A stretch of 64,000 bases of DNA from Octopus sinensis. Taxonomy: Eukaryota. This document shows, piece after piece, positions 1 through 13,769 of this stretch. The position numbers and the translations under genes are program-made. The first letter of the stretch is position 1. Each line of letters opens with the position of its first letter. The stretch spans positions 85,064,001-85,128,000 of the forward strand of contig NC_043000.1 in assembly GCF_006345805.1 (NCBI RefSeq), in the 5' to 3' direction. Below the pieces are notes generated by a model, which saw only the letters and a list, made by a program, of their open reading frames with translations, had not been told where the DNA came from and did not search any database.

Positions 1-270
1 ATGTGTGTATGTGTATGTAGTGTATGTATATAATTTTTTTGTGTGTATGTGTATGTGTGGTCGTGTGTGTGTATATATACATGTGTGTTGTATATGTATA
101 TGCATGTATATGTTATGTATATCTATATATCATATATATATAATATTTTATATGTAGATATGTGTATGTATATGTTGTGTATATATATATACTATATATA
201 TATATATATATATGGGTGTGTGTGTATGTAATGTGTGTATGTATATGTGTGTTTGTGTGTATATATATGT
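1..270. repeat. (TG/TA)n low-complexity tract
   Basis: Degenerate alternating TG/TA dinucleotides; the 43..231 ORF is an artefact of it. Confidence 0.9.
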
Positions 271-703
271 ATACATATGTGTATAGGTAAAGTGAGATTT
301 TCCTTATTTACCTAAAACTCTATTCCTCTATATTTTTTATTCTTCTTTTTTTTATTCTTTTATTTATTCTTCTATCAATTTACCACTGACTCCTTGACCA
401 CGCCCCCAAGTATGATTTTTTGCGCTATCGCCCAAACCAAAACCCCCCCACACAATTACACCCTTAAATGCGGTATAATAGTCGTGCCTAAATATGCCAC
501 CCCCAAGTCCCCCCCCACCATTTAAACCTGCTTAATGATAAATGCCAATCAATCTTGTTAACTAGCTTCCTTAAGATTTCTCTTGATGAAACAGCTAGTC
601 CTTAGCGCTCATTCTATAATAAAATTAATTTTACTCTGCTATGTATTGAGTACCTTATTTACTGTGGTTACACCCGAATCACCCGGGACCTACATATATA
701 TGT

Positions 704-739
<36 letters not shown>

Positions 740-1169
740 ATATGCGCACGCACAAACACTCACACGTACACTCACATTCTCATACACACATACACACTCA
801 GGCGTTCGCCTGTAGAAGACCATCGAATGACAGAGTCGTGAAAGCTTTGGATTAAATACGTCGCAATATTTAACTTTCTGTATCCTTACTTAACGGTTTC
901 AAGTGCCGCCAAAGTCTACTCTGCATTATATCTTCTCAGGTGTGATAAAATATAAACCCACACAGATAACGCTGTCCTTTTTCACTCTAGCCATCATATC
1001 CAAAGTTTTCTTCCAGATTAAAAAAGAAGTTGGTGCGAAGCTGTGCACGAAAAGTATAGCTTCATATCAGAAGCTGACCGCGACTCCAGTACATGTTGAA
1101 ACTAAGTCACCGTCAACAGCGAGTGATAGGTGTAGAAATTTGCACATACGAAAATATATACAGCTGTGA

Positions 1170-1482
1170 GCCCAGTAGTTATTCTATCGGTCTCTTTTGC
1201 CGAACCGCTAAGTGACGGGTTCATAAACACACCAGCATCGGTTGTCAAGCAATGCTAGGGGAACAAACACAGACACACAAACATACACGCAAACACACAC
1301 ATATATATATACATATATACGACGGGCTTCTTTCAGTTTCCGTCAACCGAATCCACTCACAAGGCTTTGGTCGGCCCAAGACTATAGTAGAAGACACTTG
1401 CCCAAGGTGCCACGCAGTGGGACTGAACCCGGAACCATGTGGTTGGTAAGCAAGCTACTTACCACACAGCCACTCCTGCGCC
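1170..1482 (-). mobile_element. tRNA-derived SINE, family A (3'-truncated copy)
   Basis: The minus strand begins GGCGCAGGAGTGGCTGTGTGGTAAG...GGTTCAGTCCC (Pol III A/B boxes), then a CORE-like GGCACCTTGGGCAAGTGTC segment; near-identical copies elsewhere in the window. Confidence 0.9.
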
Positions 1483-1494
1483 TATATACTTTTT

Positions 1495-1705
1495 TTAATT
1501 GCTTTAGTCATTAGACTGCGGCCATACTGGGGCGCTATCTTGAAGAGTCTTTAGTCGAATGAATCGACCCAAGAATTTTTTTTTTAAAAACCTGGTATTT
1601 ATTCTATCGTTTCCTTTTGCCGAACCGTCAAGTTACGGGGACGTAAACACAACACCGGTTGTCAAGCGGTGTTGGGAACGAAACACAGACAGAAAGACAC
1701 ACACA
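1495..1705 (-). mobile_element. SINE family A, 3' half
   Basis: Matches the family A tail (gactgcggccat...gtcga...ttattctatcg...gccgaaccg...gggacgtaaacac). Confidence 0.8.
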
Positions 1706-1739
1706 CACTATATATAGATAATTTAGCAAATTATCTATT

Positions 1740-2006
1740 AAAAGATGGCAAGCGATATTATTTACTAAAGAAATCTGAAACCATGGTATAACCGTTATAT
1801 AACAAGGTAAAGGTTTTTATTTTTCATTTACTTCGAAATTTGCTATAAAATTGTGGTTTTTGGCCGTGTTGGCTGCTATCTCTAACATGTAAAATTACCT
1901 GTTAAAGGGTAATTTTCTATTTTGAAATACGAATATGTTGTCTATTGACTTTTTATACATACTAGGCCACTGGTGGTGATATTTATAACGAGTATTCGCC
2001 ACCCTA
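1740..2006 (+). mobile_element. Relic of the hammerhead-bearing repeat also at 55030-55620
   Basis: Shares ttatttactaaa...tc(t/a)gaaaccat(g/a)gt, ggtaaa..ttttatttttcatt and gtctattgact...ctaggccactggt with 55160-55510; ends in (TA)n; the CUGANGA core is not recognisable. Confidence 0.45.
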
Positions 2007-2162
2007 TATATATATATATAATATATGTATGTATGTATATATACATACATATATATATGTATATATGTATATATACATATATATGTGTGTATATGTATAT
2101 ATACAGATATATGTGTGTATATGTATATACATGCATATATGTATATACATATATATATATCC

Positions 2163-2402
2163 ATTTACTCTTTTATTTGACTGTCGCCATGCTAGAGCAC
2201 CGCTTTTAGTCGAAGAAATTGACCGCAGGACTTATTTTTTGTAAGCCTAGTACTTGTTCTATCGGTGTCTTTCGCCGAACAGCTAAGTTACGGGGACGCA
2301 AACATACCAGCATCGGTTGTCAAGCGATGTTGGGGGACAAACACAGACACACAAACATATACACACACCACACACACACACACCACACACACACACACAC
2401 AC

Positions 2403-2449
<47 letters not shown>

Positions 2450-2634
2450 CACACACATATATATATATACATATATATATATACATATATATATACATAT
2501 ACATATATTCATATATATATATATATACATATATATATACATATATATACATATACATATATTCATATATATATATACATACATATATATATATACATAT
2601 ATATACATACATATATACATATATATATACATAC

Positions 2635-2690
<56 letters not shown>

Positions 2691-2843
2691 GACGTGCTTC
2701 TTACCGTTTTCGTCTACCTAATCCACTCACAAGGCTTTGATCGGCCCGGGGCTATAGTAGAAGACACTTACCTAAGGTACCATGCAGTGGGACTGAACCG
2801 GAACCATGTAGCTGGTAATCAATTTACTTACAACACAGCCATA
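2163..2843 (-). mobile_element. SINE family A with an internal CA/TA tract expanded to about 340 bp
   Basis: Tail 2163-2350 and head 2690-2843 separated by a (CA)n/(TA)n tract at the position where other copies have a short tract. Confidence 0.85.
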
Positions 2844-2865
2844 TTCACACACACACACACAACAT

Positions 2866-2896
<31 letters not shown>

Positions 2897-4146
2897 TGTT
2901 GCAAATGTCCTTCTTTTCAGACTTCTAGTTCGCCCTTGTTTCAAATGTTCTGTGTAATAGAAAGCTTTTCTTTCATAAGTCCCAAGTTACTCTGGTGGCT
3001 GAAAAACAAAAAGGAGACATCTGTCATATGTGATGCATGAACGCCAGAGAAATATGTCCTCTGTATTAGATGTGATAAACAGAACAAGCAAAAAGTTAAA
3101 GTTTATCTGAGATTAACTCGCCTTTTAGATCGATAAAATAGATGCCAGTGCTGTACTGGAAATTATTTAAAGCGGAAATTCTTACATCGGTAAAAATAAA
3201 ATGGCCTTCAGCCGCAAGAAAAAACATCAATGAGGATTTTCTTTACGTTTCCCAGATATGAAGGTAATATAAGAACAAGAAACATGAAGTTGATAATTCC
3301 GCGGTTTTAAAGAGTGTAATGTTTGAAAAATGTACAAAATATGAACTATTTCTCTTGAATGAATGTTATCCAAGATCGCTGGGGAATCAAATAAGATTTA
3401 GTCTTGAAAAGAAATATAAAAATATTGTTTCCTGGATACAGCCTTTAAAGAGTTCCAACCTATAATGGAACATATATGGTATTTTTGAAGCAAATTAATA
3501 GAGCGTGTTATGGAAGCGAAAGCCAATGCTGTTTTAGTGTCTTTATTAAAAAGACGTACTCTAAATAATTAGTATATTTGGTGGTAGGGAGGATTTTCTT
3601 GTTTTCATCTTTTTCTGTTAGGTAGGAATGACTGCTAAAATTGAAAAGGTGTCTGATTTTAAGGCAATTGGAGAGATTTTCAAAGGGAGCTGTGAGTGAA
3701 TGAATGATAGCATATGTCGACAGAAAACGTCAAAAGCTGTCTGGATAGAGTATGGTAGGGTGGCGTGTATGAGGATGATATATATATAAAATTAAGTATT
3801 TGTTTTTGGTCGGAGAGAACATAAAAAGAATCGGAGCCATAAATCTACGGATATATTTAGGATATTTATGCAGTACAGATAGCATGAATTTAATTAGTTT
3901 TCTTTTGTTTTTTGTTTTTTTTGCTTTTTTTTAAGTTCATGGAGAGAGACATTGACTTGAAATTAGAATTGAGAGACTGAAATGATAACTGGCCAGTCAT
4001 TAGATATAAGTTGTATGAAAGACATTATCCGTATGTATGTGTGTGCGAGAGAGTTGGAGAGATACTCTGTGCGTGCGTGTATGCGTGCGTGAGTCTAAGT
4101 GTTTCTGTCACTCATCTGTATCGATATATCATCTTCACTTTATGAA

Positions 4147-4209
4147 TCACCACCATCATCATAGTCATCAACACCGCCACTACCACCGCCGCCATCATCA
4201 TCATCATCG

Positions 4210-4240
<31 letters not shown>
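4147..4240. repeat. (CAT/CAC)n trinucleotide microsatellite
   Basis: Directly visible; source of the poly-His and poly-Asp ORFs. Confidence 0.95.
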
Positions 4241-4241
<1 letters not shown>

Positions 4242-4512
4242 TCCTACGCAGTATTTTAAAAAGAATCCAAGTAATAACACAAGAATTTTTTTTTTTTTTA
4301 GCTTCTGAACTTTACCGAAATTTTTCAATGAATATCGAGAAAATGCGAGACTTGCCATAGTTTTGGTAGCAAGAACTTTCGTCTGATCAAGAGGAACGAA
4401 TGCTCTGGTGTATCTAGCTCTATTTTTTACTTTTATTTTATAAAACTGTGTAATGGCGATTGAGCATCTAATCTATGTAAGGAACGAAGACCAATATATA
4501 CCGCCAGTAGCT

Positions 4513-4600
4513 AGGGGTTGCTTAACTTAATGGTACAGAGCGCTCAGCCAGAACTGGAGAGGTACAGGTTTCAATTATCTGTAGCGGCTTGCTTGCCATG
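4513..4600 (+). other. Degenerate tRNA-like (SINE head or tRNA pseudogene) sequence
   Basis: ggggttgcttaacttaatggtacagagcgc...gagaggtacaggtttcaatt has A-box-like and B-box-like motifs; second copy at 28351-28435. Confidence 0.5.
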
Positions 4601-4713
4601 TTTTTATTATTATTATCTCTTTATCACAGGTTTTGTTGGAGTTCCTGTAGTCTCGCATGCGCAGCGGGCTTACTACCTGCAGCCTACGGTATCATACTAT
4701 TCGTTGTTTTCAT

Positions 4714-5030
4714 CTAGCTAATACTGTCCTGATTATTTTGGCAAACATTTTGTAACAGTTCTACTGGGCACTCTATTCCGATTTCCTTTATATTCCTCTT
4801 GATGCCTTCTGATACTGTTCCCAAGGCTCCAACAATAATTGGCACTATCTTCACCTTCGGGCTATTTCGTAGAGTTGTATCTATCTTTTCGCCTTCCTTC
4901 TTGACTATTCGTGGGTCAAAGGGACATGCAACATCAACTATATAGCATATGTGGTGCTCCTTGGCCACCACCACAGGGTCCAGTCTTTTATGCTCAAGCA
5001 CCTGATCAGTTTGGATCGCGAACAAACGGC
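4714..5030 (-). mobile_element. Non-LTR retrotransposon (R4/Dong-like) restriction-like endonuclease fragment
   Basis: Translation HKRLDPVVVAKEHHICYIVDVACPFD...KEGEKI...VPIIVGALG resembles the PD-(D/E)xK C-terminal domain; similar to the 47206-47854 copy. Confidence 0.7.
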
Positions 5031-6189
5031 AAAAATAATGATGATTATGATGTCATTCCTCAAATTAATTAATCCTCTATGTACGAGAATCGTATTGACT
5101 TGTGTTTTAAGATCTCTCAATAAATTTTATCTTAAGAATTATTTTGTAGCAAAACTAAATATCTAGGGGTTCTTCCTCGTATGAGAACTGACCACCTCGT
5201 AATTAAATGTGTTTAGATATACAGAATTCATTAACTCATTTGCTGTATGATGCTTTAACTTCGTTTTTTTCTTCTTTTTTTTTAAAGAAAATATGATTTA
5301 TTAAATGTGAAGCGATTCTGTAACTTACTAAGGGATTTGCCGATAAAGAAGCAAATGACACGTAACAGCTTTATGTCAAATCTTAGAAGGAAGTAGTGAA
5401 AGATAAGGAAACAGAGCTATAACTGTCTTCCTTTCTATATTTAATTGATTACCATAGAAAGATGTACGCTTCAGACAGAAATTAAGATAACCTCAGATTC
5501 TCAGGATGACTAAGCTCTTTCTACGGATCGTCGACAACATGCAGCTACTTCCATGCTTCAGTGCCTGGCAACAAACCTCACATTTAGAATAGCAAAGAAG
5601 CGAGATAAAGTGGTACACTTTTCTAGTAGGCGTCCCATATATTGTTATGAAATATTAAAGGTGTTTCTAGGTGAAATTGGTAGTTTCCTAAATAATTAAA
5701 TCTAAAGTAATTGTATGACAGAGTTCTATAATACATACAGTATGTATGAGTGAATACTGAGGTATTTGGGATATAACACCGATAGAAAACAATAAGCAAA
5801 TACTGAAAAATTTTTAAGCCGTTCCCTTAAACAAGTGAGCCAACTGTAAAGATCATAAATTTGGATGTAAGCTGCCAAGAGCCTAACATGCAACGCGTTT
5901 TTGTTTAACAGTTGACAGTAGTGTGCTTTAAATACCACTTCCCTCAAGTCATATCATACTCTTTTAAAGAACTTATTGAAAACAATGGCTTTAAACTATG
6001 TCTAAAAAACAGAATGGTCAAAGCTGGATCATAGATTCGCTTGGTCAAGGCTGGTCTGTGGTTACTCAATAAGAAACAATGCTGTTAATGGTTGGAGAGA
6101 GCATAAATGTCAAGGTCTTACTTTCCATTGAAATGTGTCTTAATTTTTCTTTAAAATGTTTCCGAATCATTTCACAAGTCAGAAGTAAA

Positions 6190-6345
6190 TCTTGGTTTCA
6201 ATTTCGGAGAAGGGGTTAAGCCGATTACATGGGCTCCAAATCTCAACTGGGGATTATTTTATCGACCCTGAATGGATGAAAGGTAAAGTCGACCTCGGAT
6301 GAATTTGAACTCAGAAAAGTCAGAAGTAAATATTGAAAATGCTTG
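6190..6345 (-). mobile_element. tRNA-derived SINE family B, partial
   Basis: The minus strand has GAGTTCAAATTC...GAGGTCGACTTTACCTTTCATCC...GGGTCGATAAA. Confidence 0.75.
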
Positions 6346-6356
6346 AACACCCTCTC

Positions 6357-6680
6357 AGCGTGGCACCTTGGGCAGATACCTCCTACTATAGCCCCGGGTC
6401 GACCAAAGCCTTCTGAGTGGATTTGGTAGATGGAAACTGAAAGAATCCCGTCGTATGTGTGTGTCTGTGTATGTATGTCTATGTTTGTCCCCAACCATCG
6501 ATTTACAACCGGTGTTGGTGTGTTTACGTCTTCGTAACCTAGCGGTTTGGCAAAAAGATAAGTACCAGGCTTTAAAAATTAAGTACTTAATCGATCCATT
6601 TGACTAAAGATTCTTCAAGGTAGTGCCCCAGCATGACCGCAGTCTAAATGACTGAAACAAGTAAAAAAAAAAGAGATAAC
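6357..6680 (+). mobile_element. SINE family A, 5'-truncated
   Basis: gcgtggcaccttgggcag...gaaactgaaagaatcccgtcg...gactgaaacaagtaaaa matches the family consensus. Confidence 0.85.
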
Positions 6681-7430
6681 AGAATGGCAAAAACTATACA
6701 ATGCAACTTTAAATGTTGTTTAAGCACAAGAGTATTGAGCAAAGAAGCGAAGAATTAACTCTACATGCCTGGCACGGCGTTGAGTTCAGGTATAGACACT
6801 TTACAATTGCTGGCCGCGCTAAAAGGTTGTAAACAATTATCATGGGGAGGTACAGCATTCAGCTATATATAGCAGCATTAATGTTTAAGGGACGAGTATT
6901 GTACCAGTTTATTGTACCATATTAGTAGTTCCCAACGTGTGGTATGCAATATGGAGAATCAATGCATAATATTTCAGATTTTACTGATGTCAGTAAATCC
7001 AGTAGTTGCTTCAGACTAAAGTCTGTTGATGGACAGGGGTCAATCAATGGCCAGACCCACACAAATTTCCTCGGATTTGGATTTTTTTACGTGTAAAATA
7101 TTTAGCTTCGCGTAAAGCTGTGTGCCTAAACCTAGTCCCAATAGCGAACTATAAAAACTTTCTGTTGACTCTGAGCTGGCATACTTAAGGTCAGTATTGT
7201 CCGCTACTAACATTAGGTAGCGTAGCCAGGGGTAAACTTGAAAATGATATGGTGGACATGGTTGGAATGCCTTTTAATACAGATCAGCTGAATCAGGACT
7301 AACTTGGGACTAAACAGCAACAACAATAACCATAACAATGTCCTTGAAACTGACAAAGGAATCGATAATGAATACATATTAACAATTTGGTTTAAATTCA
7401 TAATCGATATTATTACTTGCTCATATATAT

Positions 7431-7524
7431 TCTTAATTACTGATTTCTAATTACACATCTGTAATTACACACACTCAATTACGTATCCTTAATTACAGCT
7501 TCTTAATTACACGTTCCTAATTCC
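7431..7524. repeat. 14-bp periodic array of AATTAC
   Basis: AATTAC starts at 7435, 7449, 7463, 7477, 7491 and 7505, with AATTCC at 7519; exact 14-bp spacing and divergent spacers. Confidence 0.85.
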
Positions 7525-7699
7525 AAAGCCTACACCGGATAATCAGACAACTGCAATCAGGAATTCTGTATTTGATTTCGCGATTTTCCAAAGAATACCA
7601 ACTTGGATTGTCATTTAGTCATTCATTTCTAGTTTGGAAGAGGGCGTCATACGCAGTATGATATGCATGTGTGTGTGCGCGCACGCGCATGAGAGTGCG

Positions 7700-7850
7700 G
7701 GGCTTAGTGATAAGGGTGTTGCACTCACAATCGCAAGATCGTGGTCTCGATTCCTAGTCTGGCGATGAGTGGTGCTCTTCATTTCACGTTGCTCCAGTCC
7801 ACTGAGCTATAAATGTGTAATCCTGCGACGGACTGGCATCCCATTCATGA
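7700..7850 (+). mobile_element. tRNA-derived SINE family C-like, degenerate
   Basis: gcttagtgataagggtgttgcactcacaatcgcaagatcgtggtctcgattcc resembles the heads at 15260-15380, 32563-32877 and 33122-33507. Confidence 0.6.
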
Positions 7851-8658
7851 GACGTTGGTCCACCCGCATCATTCCATATCTTCAATAATGCGTGAAAGCG
7901 CATTGTCATCAGCGGTGTACTACCACATCCAAAAGTCTAGTTAATACAATGATATATATATAATATATATTAGTTAAATTAATTTCAATCGTGTTTTGTT
8001 TCCGAAAAAAATGTATAAGGTTTGAACTTCATTATAGTAGTATCTATGGAAAACCGGTGGGATTATTATTTATATGGACTTAAAGATGGATCGCGATTTA
8101 GCATATAATTTAGTTATTGCAGTTTACTATTTATACCGATACAATGTACATTGTTGTAGTTTTAGTAAAGTTAGTGCTTAATCCTATCTATATATTGATT
8201 GATTGAAATAATGTGGTTATTAAGCTTTACTTTTATATTACACTACGAAAGACGATAGGGATTATAATTTTTTCTGACTTAATAGAGTTGTCGCTGTTTA
8301 GTTACGTATTCAGAAATGGCTGCAATTTACTTATGTAATTTATTTATCGATACGGTTGTACATTGGGTAAATGTATTTGAAAGTTGTGGTTTCTTCGGTT
8401 TGTTTGTTCCCAAACAACACTTATTTTAGTGCTATTTAGTGCTATTTTAGTGCTATTGACACCACTGGATTGAATGGTACTGCCCAGGTGTCGAAACCAT
8501 AATGATATCTGTAGGGCAGCTGGTGATAGAGATATGTCGGATTGTTGGTATGGCTGTGGAATAGTATCATAACACATCCTTTTGATATATATATATATAC
8601 ATGCATGTATGTATGTATGTATGCATGCATGTGTGTGTGTGTGTTGTGTGTGTGTGTG

Positions 8659-8692
<34 letters not shown>

Positions 8693-9136
8693 TCGAGACC
8701 AGGAAGTATCTTCTTCACCTGTGTTTCTGAAATACGGTGGAAACTGATCGGGAACGGTAACCTTACCTTTTTCTTTTCTTTTAACGCTTTGCTGTGACCA
8801 TCTTCTGTCTTCTAAGATATTTGGGATAGGGATAATAAAAAAAAATTTTAGTGTAGTTGTTGATTTTTTTTTTATTGGTATTTTATCCTGTTATAGATTT
8901 AAACGGTTTCATTTGTGTATACTTTCTTTATTGTGATCTAATAAACATTGAAATTATCAACTTTTTAAATCTTTCCTTCGTCTTTCGCTTTGATAATGAA
9001 TAATAATGAGAATGCCGTTAAGTTTCCTTTGAAAAAGAATAAGCCAAGTAAAACCAATGTCAGATGAATGTCTTAAAAGTCATTGATCTGATATTGAACA
9101 GCAACGCCCTTCAAAATTTAGCCTCTTTTTCTAAAC

Positions 9137-10509
9137 CAGTGTTATTAATTCAATTTTGAAGAACGAAAGTGTTGAATAAAAATTTGTGATGCGTTTCTTC
9201 ATCCCCAAGTAATTTTGACAATTACAAAAACAACAAAAAGTGTTTCCAATTTGTACGTGTCGATTCTTAAGGTCCGCCTCATAATTAACTTAATTATACC
9301 GTGTAATTAATTATTTATATTTAAATCTATAAAAAAGAATCCTTCATCAAATTTATTTCATACAGCATTCAGTCGTAATTAGGAGAAGGGTTCTGCTGGT
9401 CCCTAATTAAGACATAATTTGTTTCATGTAAATAGTGATATTATGACTAGTGCCATGAAAGGAAGTGAAAAATAGAAGTGTTGTTAATGCTGGTGTAAAT
9501 ATTTGAAGTATGTAAGTATTTTATTCATTATGGATGACAGCTATCAATATTCAACGGGTGAGCTTTTTATCTTATTCACTGTTTTAATAACATTGTGCTA
9601 AGTTTGATGAGGTCTACCACCTACATGTTTTGTAGCCCTAAGTGCCACCAACGACTAACGTAGTGAAATGTAAAGATATTTTGCAGCTGCTTCATTTGAA
9701 CGTCTTGTGAATTCACAGCGGAGACCAATCGTAAGAAGCTCCATTTAAATAACATTAATGATTGTAATATTTTTGTGATTAAAAAAACTGCTATTGTTAT
9801 TAAAAAGACTGCTCTGTAAATTGTAGAACCTTTAGCGCCAGATTTCAATTGTTCGGCAACAACAGAAAGCCAAAAAAAAATTCACATCACTTATCTTTTG
9901 ATATCTTCAAACAAATTGAAAGAAACACATCAAATTACATGAAAAAAGCAGCAGAAAAGAAAAATGAAATTATAAATCCTTTTATCAGCTATATGGCATA
10001 CTGTTCAAAGATGCAGAACAAATATTATAATCTTTGGCAAGAAATAAATTATGAGTGATGTTAATTTTTTTTTCTTCATATTTCGCGAGAAAGAATTCAG
10101 TGATGTGTTGCAATTGTTAACTAAGCAGCTAAATAGTAAATTAATGAAAGAAGAACCTAGAGACTTCGTTTGTCAAATATTGAAGTTGATTTTTAAAATT
10201 TGGCAAATTATCAAGTGCATGCTAACCATTATATACAGTTATTTTTCATTGAATACATCAAGTTTACACGGTTTTTGCAATGGTATTTTTTGGTCATGTT
10301 TACAAATAAATTTGTTTCAAGTTTACATTTTTATTTATTTTTTTAGTTGCCTGTAATTACAAAAATACAAATAATAATGACTTGTTTAATCAACCTTTGT
10401 ACTTTAATAATCATTAAGTCATTAATTATTGTCAAATTTATGAGAGCGGGGAATAGCTTCTGCAAATATTTGGAAGAAGGGGAATAAAATAAAAGGATAA
10501 GAACTACTG
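9137..10509 (-). mobile_element. Degenerate hAT (Buster/Charlie-like) DNA transposon
   Basis: Ends CAGTGTTATTAA and reverse-complement CAGTAGTTCTTA; flanks ttctaaac/ctctactc (5/8 match, nTCTA core); minus-strand peptide relics such as FTFHYVSRWWHL and KTVNKIKSS resemble the hAT CxxH region. Confidence 0.45.
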
Positions 10510-11104
10510 CTCTACTCGGTCGTCGCTCAGTCTGCTAAAATTAACAGCTAAATGTCCATCACCCACTAGTCACACGTAGCTGTTTCACAAAAGAAAAAAA
10601 AAAGTACACTGTACAATACAATCGTAGACAAACTGTGTCTAAAATAGGTTTTATGAAAGTTTTACTCGCTACGACCTGGCTTTGGGTTAAACAACAACGG
10701 CAACAAAAAGATATAGAAATATATTGATTCTTAATCTAAGTATAGCGTCACGAATTCTTGGATATGGTAACACTCAACTCTATCGCATAGTGGGCGCCTA
10801 TTTAATCGAGTAAGAATGCTAAAATACAAAATCAACCTCCAGTAGATTCGAACACAGAAGCACATCATCGTACAGCAGGACATTTTACGCGACGCTCTAC
10901 TAATTCTGCCAACGCACCAGCCCAAAATCTGGAAATCTATTGTCATTTATCACGTGCCGATATTGTACATGTATATTTGGAATTGTTGTACAACTAGCAA
11001 GAAAAAATATTACAAGTCTCTACGATGTCATATTTTGTCAAAAACATTACACAACTATGCATACATACATACAAACATATACACACATATAAATGTATGT
11101 GTGT

Positions 11105-11143
<39 letters not shown>

Positions 11144-11144
11144 C

Positions 11145-11374
11145 TCTTTACTCTTTTACTCTTTTGACGTGTTTCAGTCATTTGACTGCGGCCATGCTGG
11201 AGCACCGCCTTTAGTCGAGCAAATCGACCCCGGGACTTATTCTTTGTAAGCCCAGTACTTATTCTATCGGTCTCTATTGCCCGAACGCTAAGTGACGGGG
11301 ACGTAAACACACCAGCATCAGTTGTCAAGCAATGCTAGGGGGACAAACAGAGACACACAAACATATACACCACA

Positions 11375-11442
<68 letters not shown>

Positions 11443-11604
11443 TACGACAGGCTTCTTTCAGTTTCCGTCTACCAAATCCACTCACAAGGCATTGGTCGAC
11501 CCGGGCTATAGCAGAAGACACTTGCCCAAGATGCCACGCAGTGGGACTGAACCGGAACCATGTGGTGGTTAGCAAGCTACTTACCACACAGCCACTCCTG
11601 CGCC
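11145..11604 (-). mobile_element. SINE family A, full length
   Basis: Complete head, CORE-like segment, internal (TA)n and tail. Confidence 0.92.
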
Positions 11605-11635
<31 letters not shown>

Positions 11636-11654
11636 ATATATATATATATATATG

Positions 11655-11905
11655 TATGCATGCATCTATGTATCCATGCATTTATGTATGTATGTATGTA
11701 TGTATGTATGTATGTATGTATGTGTGTGTATATGTGTATGTACGTATGCATGTATGTATGTATGTATGTATGTAGGTAGGTAGGTAGGTAGGTAGGTAGG
11801 TAGGTAGGTAAGGTAGGTAGGTAGGTAGGTAGGTAGGTAGGCAGGTAGGTAGGTAGGTAGGTAGGTAGGTAGGTAGGTAGGTAGGTAGGTTGGTTGGTTG
11901 TAGGT
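11655..11905. repeat. Compound (TATG)n-(TAGG)n microsatellite
   Basis: Directly visible. Confidence 0.95.
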
Positions 11906-12067
11906 AGGTATAGACAAAAAGCAAGTAAAATATCAATCCTCTACGATGTCATATTTTGTCAATAAACATTACAGAACTATATACATATTTATGGTTCTAT
12001 ATATGTATGTAATTATATATGTGTGTGTATGCATATTTGTGTGTATATCTATTTATTTATATATGTG

Positions 12068-12150
<83 letters not shown>

Positions 12151-12694
12151 CTGATTATCTTGTTTGGTTGCGTCTGCATCACAATTGGAGTTAGTGGAAA
12201 ATCAATCACCAGAAAAGGTACATTCGAAACGTAAATGTATTATCTGATGGTCTCAGAGGACTGAGAATGTTATGAGAATGTATTGCAGGTAATACATATA
12301 TGACAGTTTTAGCTGACTAGCGATAATAATTTATAATGGCTGCGCTAGATATGAGAGCTTGATACTTATATTGTCTCCACACTAAGAATGTAAGCGAAAG
12401 AATCGCTGATTACAAATTATAATGCGTTATATACTGTTCTTATTTATATAGTATTATATATATATATAAGCTACATGTTTTTTTTGTTTTGTTTTTTTTG
12501 GTCTAGATGTTTGGAGTGAAATTTCATTCAAACAAAAACGTATGCAATTTCTTGTTTTGTGTTATTTTTTTCTTGCCAAAGTTAATAGGTTCCCCCGTTG
12601 TGTGCTGTTTTTGTTCAGCCCCATTTCAACACTAATTGAGGAGAACATTAATCAAGATTATTCCAGCTGTGACCATGCCGTCTTTTGTATATGA

Positions 12695-12777
<83 letters not shown>

Positions 12778-13507
12778 CTATACACACACACACACATGTA
12801 TATATTTATATGAGCGTGAATATCTGCAATTATATACATGCATCTGTGGCTTGTTATTACTAAGTCTTTGTATATATATGTGGATGTTTCTCTGTACATA
12901 ATTCTGAATGGCGGTGCCCCAGCATGGCCACAGCTCGTGAGCTGAAACTAGATAAAATAAAAAATAAGAAATACATTTAAATATGTGTATATGTAGGGAT
13001 GTGTGTGTATGTGTGTGTGAAAGGGATGGAGTGAGTGTGAGAGAGAGTGTGTGTGTGTGTGTATGTGTGTGTGTGTGTGCGTGTGTGTGTGTGTGTCATA
13101 GGTATAAAATTAAACAGCATCTGTTGGTGTTCGGGAGTTCTGGAATTTTGGAGAGCATGGAGTGCTCCTTAATTACCATTACTGCCAGACCCGTTCTGAC
13201 CTGAAACGTTAGTACTTATCAAGAATACATCCATGACTTAAATAGATTTCCCAGGTTTAGAGGCGTTTCCCGTCATAATTGACAAAGTCATGAATGGTTG
13301 AGGTCTTCTAGGAGAAAGATACTCTGGCATAAAACCTCCACTCAAAAAAGTGGTAGTCATTATGCAATGCTTGTTACTGGAACATACAATGGTGGCCGAT
13401 AGAGTGGCAAAAGTGTTGTACAACCTTTTGTCACTTAAATCCAATGACGTATGATGAGTCACTATCATATTTGTAGGACAGCTAGCATCTAACAAGATGA
13501 AGCAATC

Positions 13508-13604
<97 letters not shown>

Positions 13605-13769
13605 GTAGGTAAGTAGGTAGGTAGGCGGAAGCTGGCAGAATCGTTAGCATGCCTGGCGAAATGCTTAGTAGTATTTCGTCTGCCGCTACGTTGTGATTTC
13701 AAAAAGTTGATGAGCGATTGGCTAGAGAGGAAAGTGTTTCTCACTAAATCTTTCGATCGAGTCACCATA

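Noticed and set aside
805-850. CTGTAGA-AGAC...GTC-GTGAAAGCTT motif
   Set aside because: Core substitution, a 2-nt insertion and no helix I
3300-3800. Possible Penelope RT-to-endonuclease linker on the minus strand (TPPYHTLS...)
   Set aside because: Multiple stops and only weak pattern similarity
7431-7524. CRISPR-like reading of the repeat-spacer pattern
   Set aside because: 6-bp repeats and 8-bp spacers are far too short; eukaryotic context with no cas genes
8455-8510. GACACC/GGTGTC stem followed by GAAACCATAAT
   Set aside because: No CUGANGA core upstream
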